This document shows, one piece after another, positions 21,429 through 29,261 of a DNA stretch of 64,000 bases. Made by a program: the position numbers and the translations under genes. The stretch covers positions 3,616,001 through 3,680,000 of the forward strand of contig CBDFJQ010000002.1 of the NCBI GenBank assembly GCA_965248575.1. Direction: 5' to 3'. The notes below the pieces were generated by a model that worked only from the letters and a program-made list of their open reading frames with translations, had not been told where the DNA came from and searched no databases. The stretch's first letter is position 1, and the number at the start of each line of letters is the position of its first letter. The DNA comes from Planctomycetota bacterium (GTDB lineage: Bacteria > Planctomycetota > B15-G4).

Positions 21429-22466
21429 CTACTCCTCGCTGAGGAGCTTCAGCAGTTCGGCGGCAAACAGCTCGCTGAAGCGCGATGCGCCGGCGCGGTC
21501 CAAGTGGCGGGCGTCGATGCGCGCAGCCACGGCATAGAGGTCCGGGTAGGCGTCGGGGTCGTTGAAGGCGAGCAGCGGTGGGCAGTCGCCCCGCTTGGCG
21601 AGTTCGAAGGCGAGTGGGCGCGGGAGTGTGTCGGGAGGGATCACCCACAACGGTTGCGCCCCGGCTGCGCGAATGCGCTCAAACTGATCGAGATGCCCCT
21701 CGACGAAATAGTTGTCTAGCTGGAGGTCGAGCGCAGGCTTCCGTCGCAGCGCCGCCACGTTCTTCAGGTAGGACGTGGGCCTCTCCTGGAACAGTGCCTG
21801 CGCCTTGGCGACGCGGCCCGCGTACTTCTGAGCCAATCGAAAGCCCCCTTCGTTGGCGAGCTCCGTGAAGCTGAGCCGTTGAGGCTTGCCTAGATATTCG
21901 TTCATGAGGTCGGGCAGCTCACCGAAGTTGCCCCACCAGCGTGCGAACAGCCGCAGGTGGTGTGCAGCGCTGAACAGTCGGCTCCGGAGGCTAGCCTTCG
22001 AGGGCAGCGCAAGCACCTGCAGCGCCTTGGCCGTGATGTCGGGCCGATGCCAACGCACGACGCGCCGCGTCGAGGAGTCGCTTTCGGTTGCGGCTACCGT
22101 CCAGGGGGCGAACTCCAGCACGACCCAGCGCAGGTTCTTCGGCTTGAGGGCGAGGACGTCCTGCAAGAGGGCATCCATGGCAAAGGCGTCCATCCCGCCG
22201 GCACCGAGGTTGAAGCTCCTGAGATGGTGCCCGGCGTCTTCCAGCAAGGGGTCGATGACCCGCGGGCGGAAGGACAAGTCCGTGGTGCTGCTACCGATGA
22301 AGACGATGGCGTAGTCGTCACGGTGGTCTGCGAAGTACTGCAGCTTGTCGCGAATGAAGAACTTGTTGGGCCACGGGACGAGCGAGCGGATTCCCGCTGA
22401 TGTGAGGCTGAACGCGAGCAGTGCCAGCGCCAGCAGACCGAGGCCTTTTCTCACCTGAGCTTGCAT
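21429..22466 (-). CDS. Membrane-anchored SGNH/DltD-like hypothetical protein
   Basis: N-terminal TM segment, VFIGSS (GDS-like block I), SFNLGAGG and C-terminal DARHLDRAG (DxxH). Confidence 0.6.
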   Translation of the reverse strand: MQAQVRKGLGLLALALLAFSLTSAGIRSLVPWPNKFFIRDKLQYFADHRDDYAIVFIGSSTTDLSFRPRVIDPLLEDAGHHLRSFNLGAGGMDAFAMDALLQDVLALKPKNLRWVVLEFAPWTVAATESDSSTRRVVRWHRPDITAKALQVLALPSKASLRSRLFSAAHHLRLFARWWGNFGELPDLMNEYLGKPQRLSFTELANEGGFRLAQKYAGRVAKAQALFQERPTSYLKNVAALRRKPALDLQLDNYFVEGHLDQFERIRAAGAQPLWVIPPDTLPRPLAFELAKRGDCPPLLAFNDPDAYPDLYAVAARIDARHLDRAGASRFSELFAAELLKLLSEE

Positions 22467-22531
22467 GGGCCCATCATACGGCCTGGGTCGAAAGCTCGCG
22501 GAGATCTGGCGCTGGTCTGCGTTCGCTTGCC

Positions 22532-23413
22532 CTAGCTCAGGCCCAGCTCCGCCAGCGCGTCCTTGAGCTGCTGCTCGTTGGGCGTGACGCCGTGCCAGCC
22601 GGGGACGTTCTCCATGAAGGAGACGCCTTTGCCGAGCAGCGTGTTGCAGACGATCATCTGCGGGCGGCCCTTGACGGTCTTGGCCTCTTCCAGCGCCTGG
22701 TGAATCGCCACGAGGTCGTGGCCGTCCACTTCCTGCACGTGCCAGCCGAAGCTCTTGTACTTCGCGCCGAGGTCGCCTTGGTCCATGACGTCCTTGGTGA
22801 AGCCGTCGATCTGGATGCCGTTGCGGTCCATCATCAAGGTCAGGTTGTCGACCTTGTAGTGCGCGGCGGCCGAAGCCATCTCCCACACCTGGCCCTCTTG
22901 GGACTCGCCGTCGGAGGTGCCGGCGTAGACCCGGAAGTCCTTGCCCTGCGCCCGGGCGCCCATGGCGATGCCCAGGCCCACGCTCAGGCCGTTGCCCAAG
23001 CTGCCGGTGCAGCAGTCCACGCCCTTGGTGAAGTGGAAGTCGGGGTGACCCTGGAGCGACGAACCCAACTTGCGCAGGGTCCAGAGGTCGTCGCGCGGGA
23101 AGTAGCCCTTGCGCGCGAGGATGGCGTAGAGGATCGGGCAGATGTGGCCGTTGCTCAGCACGAAGCGGTCGCGGTCTTCCCAGGTCGGGTTCTGCGGGTC
23201 GACGCCCATGTGCCCGCCGAACCACAGCGTGGTGAACACATCGGTCATGCCCAGGGAACCACCGGGATGACCGGAGCCAGCGAGTTGCAACATGCGCAGG
23301 ACGTCGCCGCGCAGCTCGTTGGCGATGGTGGCGAGTTCCTCGAAGTTGGGCGTGGAGTCAGGCGTCATGCCGGTGTCCAGGGTGCGCGTGGGGTTGGGTT
23401 CGGTGGTGGTCAT
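22532..23413 (-). CDS. Transketolase, N-terminal (TPP-binding) subunit
   Basis: SGHPGGSLG, RDRFVLSNGH, LQGHP, TGSLGNGL, SDGESQEGQVWE and GKGVSFME. Confidence 0.95.
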   Translation of the reverse strand: MTTTEPNPTRTLDTGMTPDSTPNFEELATIANELRGDVLRMLQLAGSGHPGGSLGMTDVFTTLWFGGHMGVDPQNPTWEDRDRFVLSNGHICPILYAILARKGYFPRDDLWTLRKLGSSLQGHPDFHFTKGVDCCTGSLGNGLSVGLGIAMGARAQGKDFRVYAGTSDGESQEGQVWEMASAAAHYKVDNLTLMMDRNGIQIDGFTKDVMDQGDLGAKYKSFGWHVQEVDGHDLVAIHQALEEAKTVKGRPQMIVCNTLLGKGVSFMENVPGWHGVTPNEQQLKDALAELGLS

Positions 23414-24366
23414 GATGCGTGTCCCAGCAGCTTCAGCGCTGCGGCAGCGATGCCGGGGGCCGTGAGCCCGAAGTGGTTCATGAGTTCGCCGCCATCGCCG
23501 GACTCGCCGAAGCGGTCGTCCATGCCGAGGCGCCGCACGGGGCAGGGAGCTTGTTCGGAGATGACCTCTGCCACGGCGCTGCCCAAGCCGCCGGCGCGTT
23601 GATGCTCTTCGACCGTCACGATGGCGCCCGTTTCCTGCGAGGCCTTCACGAGGGTCTCGGCGTCGAGGGGCTTGATGCTGCAGACGTTGAGCACCCGGGC
23701 CGAGAAGCCCTTGTCCGCCAGCACGTCCGCTGCCTGCAGTGCGTGGCAAACGGTGGTGCCGGTGGCGGCGAGGGTGATGTCCGTGCCCTCGCGCAGCGTG
23801 TTGATCTTGCCGATCTCGAACTTGTAGTCCTCGGGCAAGAACTGCGGGACCTTCATGCGCGAGAGGCGCACGTAGGCGGGGCCGGGGCTGGCGGCCACGG
23901 CGCGGATGACCTGTTCGGTCTCCCGGGCATCGGCCGGCACGAAGACGCGCATGTTGGGCAACACGCGCATGATGGCGATGTCTTCCAGCACCTGGTGGCT
24001 GGCGCCGTCCTCACCCACCGTGATGCCGGCGTGGGTGCCGCAGATCTTCACGTTGGCGACGGGCAGGGCGACCACTTGCCGCACCTGCTCGAAAGCCTTG
24101 CCCGTGGCAAACATGGCGAAGGAGGAGGCGAAGACCGTCAGGCCCGTGGACGAGAGCCCCGAGGCCGTGCCGATCATGTTGGCCTCGGCCACGCCCATGT
24201 TGAAGAAGCGGTCGGGGTAGAGCTTGGCGAAGCTGCCCGTCTTGGTGGAGCAGGACAGGTCGGCATCGAGCACGACGATGTCGTTGCGTTCGCCGCCGAG
24301 TTCGGCGAGGGCCTTGCCGTAAGCCTCGCGGGTGGCGACATCGCCGCTGGTCTGGGTGACAGTCAC
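23410..24366 (-). CDS. Transketolase, C-terminal (pyrimidine-binding) subunit
   Basis: ATREAYG, DADLSCST, NMGVAEANM, GEDGASHQ, IKPLD and VEEH. Start may be 24366 (GTG) or 24423. Confidence 0.95.
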   Translation of the reverse strand: MTVTQTSGDVATREAYGKALAELGGERNDIVVLDADLSCSTKTGSFAKLYPDRFFNMGVAEANMIGTASGLSSTGLTVFASSFAMFATGKAFEQVRQVVALPVANVKICGTHAGITVGEDGASHQVLEDIAIMRVLPNMRVFVPADARETEQVIRAVAASPGPAYVRLSRMKVPQFLPEDYKFEIGKINTLREGTDITLAATGTTVCHALQAADVLADKGFSARVLNVCSIKPLDAETLVKASQETGAIVTVEEHQRAGGLGSAVAEVISEQAPCPVRRLGMDDRFGESGDGGELMNHFGLTAPGIAAAALKLLGHAS

Positions 24367-24493
24367 GGTGAGGGGGGGTCCGTTCGGTGTGTCAGTGGCG
24401 GCGATGGGCGATGCCAAACGCAACGGCGATTAAGGTCGCCATCGGGGCAGCCCGGCGCAAGGGAAGATCGCGCTTTGGGCCTATGAAAGAGGG

Positions 24494-24514
24494 TTATCCA
24501 CCGCCTGTGGACAA
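24494..24514. promoter_or_regulatory. Inverted pair of DnaA-box-like 9-mers
   Basis: TTATCCACC-gcc-TGTGGACAA; each half matches TTATCCACA at 8/9. Intergenic, upstream of the transketolase genes. Confidence 0.4.
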
Positions 24515-24594
24515 GTTCCGCGCCTGGCAGGCCGAGCGGCGGCTCTGGGCGAGCGCGGAGCGGGCGCGAGGTGGCCGCGAGCGAGGCCGGACCC

Positions 24595-26877
24595 CTAGAA
24601 GTCGGCGTAGCCCAACTGGCGCAGGGCCTCCTCCTCCTCGGCCGTGAGCGTGCGGGTGTTGGGGGCCACGAGGGGCCTCAGCAGCATCTGGGCCATGGGC
24701 CGCAGGCGAGCTTCGAGCTTCCGGACCCAGTCTGGTGCCTCGGCGGCCGTGCTCTGGAGGAGGTTCTGCTGCTCGCCCGGGTCCTGGTCGAGGTCGTAGG
24801 CCGCGGCGATCTCCCCCAGCTGCTGGGGCCCGTCGGCGGAGATGGCGATGAGCTTCCGGCCCCGGTCGATCATGGCCATGGTGGGCGGCTGAGCGTTCTT
24901 GGCCGTGGAGATGTGGGCGAACACGGGCCGGTCCTCGCCAGGGCCGAGCAGCGAGGCCCCCAGCCAGCCGGGGTTGGGCTCGATGCCAGCCATGGCACTA
25001 AGAGTGCGAGGCAGGTCGAGCAAGGAGGCCGCATGGGACACGTCGCCTGGCGCGAGGGCGGGGCCCCGGAGCCCCCGGCTGCCGGGTCCCAGGGAGCCCG
25101 CCGGGCCTCGGGATTCGGAGGGGCCGAGGGGTGCGCGGATCAGGAGCGGGATGCGTACGTGCTCCTCAAAGACCCCCGTGCCGTGCCCCAGCACGCCGTG
25201 CTCGTCGAAGGCCTCGCCGTGGTCGCTCGTGAACAGCAAGTAGGCGCTCTCGCCCAGCCCCTGCTCCTTCACGAGCTCCAGGAACTCACCGAAGCCGCGG
25301 TCAAGGTCCACCACGCCGCCGCGGTAGAGGTCGTAGTACTGCTCGATGAGCGCCTCGACCTCGGCGCTGCGGGCCTCCCCCGCTGGCAGGTTGTTCGACG
25401 CGGCCCGGATGGCGGTGAGCAGCTCGCTGTCCATGCCCTCCAGCTGCAGGCTGTCACCGTGCTGGGCCTTGGTGGCGTCCGAGGCCTCATAGGGTGTGTG
25501 CACTTCGTAGGTCTGCACGAACAGGAAGGCCGGGCGTCCGTCATCGGCTTCCAGGAAGGCGCGGCTGCGCTCGAGGGTGTGCTCGAGGCTGCCATCGTGT
25601 TCGTCCCAGCTCTCGAAGCCCTGGGCCAGGCCGCCGCCGTGGGAGACGAGCATCGCGTCGGTGATGCCGCCGGTGCGGTAGCCCGCGGCCGCCAGCTGCT
25701 CGGCGATGGTCACCACCTCCTCGCTCAGGGAGAAGCTCTTCTGCGTGGCGAAGTGTTGCGTGGGGAAGATGCCCGAGAAAAGCGAGGCGTGGGCGGGCAG
25801 CGTCCAGGTGGCGGGGGACCAGGCGTTGAGGAAGCGCGTGCTGCCTCGGGCGAAGGCGTCGATGTTCGGGGTGAGCCCAAGGGTGCTGCCGTAGGTCGCC
25901 AGGTTGTCGGCGCGGAAGGTGTCCGCCAGGAAGATGACGATGTCGGGGCGGCTGTGTTCCTTGCCTCGCGCCCCGTCGCGATTCCCATCGCGTCCCCATG
26001 GGCGCTGGCTGGGCGTGCCGATCTCGCTGGGGCCCACGGTGGGGGCGAGGAAGGCGGTGAGCGCCGGCGGGCCGCGCACTTCGAAACTCAGCAGGCCCTG
26101 GGCGTCGAGGGGCAGCCGCACATTGTGCCAGGCCACTTCGCTCTGGGAGATCCTGAGCGCTGGTTGCACATGGGACCAGAGCGGTTGACCGTCCAGCTCG
26201 ATCTGGAACTCGAGCGGAGCCGCGTCCGGCCCGAGATCGATCACCGCGCCCTGTGCCACTGTGGCGAAGCGCAAGTTGGTGTTGCCCGTGACCGAGAGCG
26301 GCAACTCTTCACGCATGCCCGGCAGCACCGACAGGCCCTTGCCGGCGAAGCGTCGATGGGCAATGCGCGAGGTGGCGACGCCCTTCTTCGTAGACCGGAA
26401 GTAGACGCTGTGTCGGATGGGCGGCAGCACACCGTCGGCGGTCTCCAGCGTCACGAAGAGCTTGTCGCCCTCGGTGAAGAAGGTGTCGGGCTGGGTCTGC
26501 AGCTTGCGTTGCAGGAAGCGCAGGAAGCTGAGTTCGCGATCGCCGGCAAAGACGCGCACGGCGGGGGCGCCCTGCTCGGGGTTGCCCACGTTGGCCAGCA
26601 CCCGCTGCGTGCTGTAGAGGTGCGGCGTGCCCGTGGGCTCCCAGGCCTCGGGCGGGATGCTGCGCTCGATCCACAGGGCATGCCCGTCTTCCACGGACTC
26701 GATCTGCAGGGCGGGGCTGTCCGGAACACGCTCGTGCAGGTTGCGCAGGGCGTCGGCGAAAGAACCGTCGAGGGGCGCGGGCGGGCGTTGGGCGAGGTCG
26801 AGCCAGGTGACGGGTGGCTCGGGCTCGGCACAGGCGGCCAGAGTCACCATCAGCATCAGGATGAACAGCGTCTTCAT
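24595..26877 (-). CDS. Sulfatase-like (alkaline phosphatase superfamily) lipoprotein
   Basis: Lipobox VTLAAC, IFLADTFRADNL, ATWTLPAHASLFSG, YEVHTPY, TSDHGE and C-terminal LRQLGY. Confidence 0.85.
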   Translation of the reverse strand: MKTLFILMLMVTLAACAEPEPPVTWLDLAQRPPAPLDGSFADALRNLHERVPDSPALQIESVEDGHALWIERSIPPEAWEPTGTPHLYSTQRVLANVGNPEQGAPAVRVFAGDRELSFLRFLQRKLQTQPDTFFTEGDKLFVTLETADGVLPPIRHSVYFRSTKKGVATSRIAHRRFAGKGLSVLPGMREELPLSVTGNTNLRFATVAQGAVIDLGPDAAPLEFQIELDGQPLWSHVQPALRISQSEVAWHNVRLPLDAQGLLSFEVRGPPALTAFLAPTVGPSEIGTPSQRPWGRDGNRDGARGKEHSRPDIVIFLADTFRADNLATYGSTLGLTPNIDAFARGSTRFLNAWSPATWTLPAHASLFSGIFPTQHFATQKSFSLSEEVVTIAEQLAAAGYRTGGITDAMLVSHGGGLAQGFESWDEHDGSLEHTLERSRAFLEADDGRPAFLFVQTYEVHTPYEASDATKAQHGDSLQLEGMDSELLTAIRAASNNLPAGEARSAEVEALIEQYYDLYRGGVVDLDRGFGEFLELVKEQGLGESAYLLFTSDHGEAFDEHGVLGHGTGVFEEHVRIPLLIRAPLGPSESRGPAGSLGPGSRGLRGPALAPGDVSHAASLLDLPRTLSAMAGIEPNPGWLGASLLGPGEDRPVFAHISTAKNAQPPTMAMIDRGRKLIAISADGPQQLGEIAAAYDLDQDPGEQQNLLQSTAAEAPDWVRKLEARLRPMAQMLLRPLVAPNTRTLTAEEEEALRQLGYADF

Positions 26878-26942
26878 CGTCGGATCATCACTCAGCGTGA
26901 GGGTCCGGCGTGGCGTTGAGTCACACGGCTTGGTTCAGGTGA

Positions 26943-26985
26943 GGTGCCCACGGCCCGAGAGTCTACTGCACGGGCTGTGGGCACC
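26943..26985. terminator. Stem-loop downstream of the YCF48-like gene
   Basis: GGTGCCCACGGCCCG-N13-CGGGCTGTGGGCACC (14/15 complementary). No clear U-tract. Confidence 0.45.
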
Positions 26986-26994
26986 GTGCCCCGG

Positions 26995-29233
26995 CTAGAG
27001 GGTCTTCAAGATGGTGAAGGTCCCACCGATGGCGAAGCCTTGCGAAGTGGTCGGGAAGGACACCTTGGGCAGGATGATGGTCGTGCCGCTGGGCGGCTTG
27101 CTCCAGGTCAGGGTGGGGTCCCGGTAGAGCAGGACCCCTTGGTCTCCGCTGATCCAGATCTCGTCGCCATCGTTGAGGACCTCGACGTCGTAGAGATCCT
27201 CGTCGACAGAGAGCCCTTCCACTTGCCAATCCACCTTGGCGAACCGGAACCCTGACCGGATCCAGACGCCGCCGTTCTCGCCCACAGCGACGGCTTGGCT
27301 TCCGTCGCCCCAGGTCTGGATGTCGTAAACCGTCTCCCCGGTTCCAATCCCCGTGGAGCTCCAGTTGTCCCCGCCATCCGCTGTGATGAACGCAGAGCCG
27401 AGGTCGCCGACGGCATAGCCCGTGCAGGGGTCGGAGAAGGACACGCCGAAGAACCTGCCGTCGAGCCCGGGAGGGCTCTTGTCGGTCCAGGTCGCGCCGG
27501 AGTCGGTCGATTTCAAGACCGTGCCCAGTGCACCTACGGCGAAGGCCGTCTCCAATTGCGCAGAGCCATCACACGTCGCGGAAGCAACGATCGTCACATC
27601 ATGGAGGTCCCTGACTCCTGCAGGTGCCGCCACGATCTGCCAGTTCTCGGCGTCGCCATTGACGGTGCGGGCGATGAAGCCCTTGCCAAGGTACGGGGCC
27701 AGAAATGGTTCCCCGAGCATGTCACCCACGACGATGCCCGCGTCCCCCGTGTCATTGAAGGCGATCCCCCGAGATTGGTGGTTGTCGTCGGGCGCCCAGT
27801 CCGCGGTGGCTTCGTCCCAGGTCAGCCCGTTGTCCGTCGTGACGTTGATGTCCAGGAACTGTCCGGTGACGACGCCCGTGGTGGAGCCACTCACGTCGAA
27901 GAAGAGTCCATCGTTGAGACGGTTGGGATTCACCGAGCCCTGATCCGTGACGACTCCCGTTGCCGTGTCGTAATGAATGATGCGCCCGAACCCACCAGCG
28001 GCGACCGCCTCCGTGCCGGACAGCTTCGCCAGCGCCCGGAAGAGGGGTTCGCGATCTCCTGGCAGGGGCGGTCGGGGTTGTTCCACCCATGTGTCCACCG
28101 TCGAACCAGGCAGGAGGACCGTGCACGTCCCCGGGTCGTAGTTGGGCACGCCGCTCTTGTAGTCGAAGATTTGCGAACCATAGCCGACACTGAGCGCCTG
28201 CACCGGGGTGGCACTGGTGTCCATGATCAAGACGTCGTACTGCGTGGTCGGTGCGCAGAACTGCGACATGATGCCGTTGGGGTCGAGGAACTCGTAGTTC
28301 TTGACTTGCAGCCAGTCGTCGGTCCAGATGCCCTCCGTCCGATACATGTAGCCCTTCTGGTTGCCGATGCCGCCTACGAGGTAGGCGCCTGATGCCGAGT
28401 CCGTCGGGTCGTCGAACTCGAGCCCCCACCATTCCAGGTTGTTGATGGGGCTGTCGTGGATGTACGTGATGGCGGGCTCAGCAGGATCTGGACCATCAGT
28501 CGTGACGTCGAGCTTGGTCCAGGTCAGTCCACCGTCGATCGTCGTGTAGACCTTGCGGTATTCGGCCGCGAGGATTCCCTTGAGCGGATCATTCGAGAAG
28601 AAATGAATGATGTAGGCGTCATCGGGGTCTCCCGGGTCGACCGGATTGCAGAAGAACTCCGTAGCGTCGACGTCGTCCGCAACATTTGTCCATGTGATTC
28701 CCCCGTCAGAGGTCGTGGCAACGGCTCCGTTCTCGCCGACGCACCAGCCATCGGTGTAGAGCGGGGGGGGACATGATGATGTCGTAGAGAATGGCTGGCG
28801 CGAGACAGGCGTCGAGGACGCGTGTGCCCGGGTTCGTTGGGTCATTGGGGTTGTTGAGGTCTTCCCATTCTGATCCGTCTGCGCTCGAAGTCTTCAGCAC
28901 GACTCCCCCGTCGCCTACCGCCCAACCAGTGATGTCGAACGTGTTGGGGTCTTCCACGATGAACATTCCGCGAAGGTCTACGCGCACCTCTTCGTTCGTA
29001 ATGGCGTCGGGGAGCTCGGCTTCCAACCACGTAGCTCCGCCGTTGGTCGTGTATCTAATGTGGGCGTCGGCTGCCAGCCACCCTCGATTGGCGTCTACGA
29101 ATGCAGACCCGCCATACTTGCCTCCCTGGACATGGCGCCATTCAGGAACTTGGGCTTCGGCAGGTAAGGTCGCAACAAGGCTAAGCAGCAGTGCAAAGAC
29201 AGGGCGAACTAGGTCAGTACAGCGAACTATCAT
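26995..29233 (-). pseudogene. Secreted YCF48/BNR-repeat beta-propeller protein, frameshifted at a C8 tract
   Basis: The 5' frame (signal peptide, YTTNGGATW, GWAVGDGG) and 3' frame (TSDGGITW, TIDGGLTW, STDSGATW, TADGGDNW) switch at G8 28763-28770. Removing one base gives a single 745-aa ORF. Confidence 0.75.
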
Positions 29234-29261
29234 GACGCCTTCTCCGTTCGGGTGGGTGAAT

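Noticed and set aside
22467..23225. N-terminal 253 aa of the 598-aa ORF 21429-23225
   Set aside because: Out-of-frame overlap with transketolase. The credible protein starts at ATG 22466.
24424..24594. Replication origin
   Set aside because: Only two DnaA-like boxes, no AT-rich unwinding element, and no dnaA/dnaN nearby.
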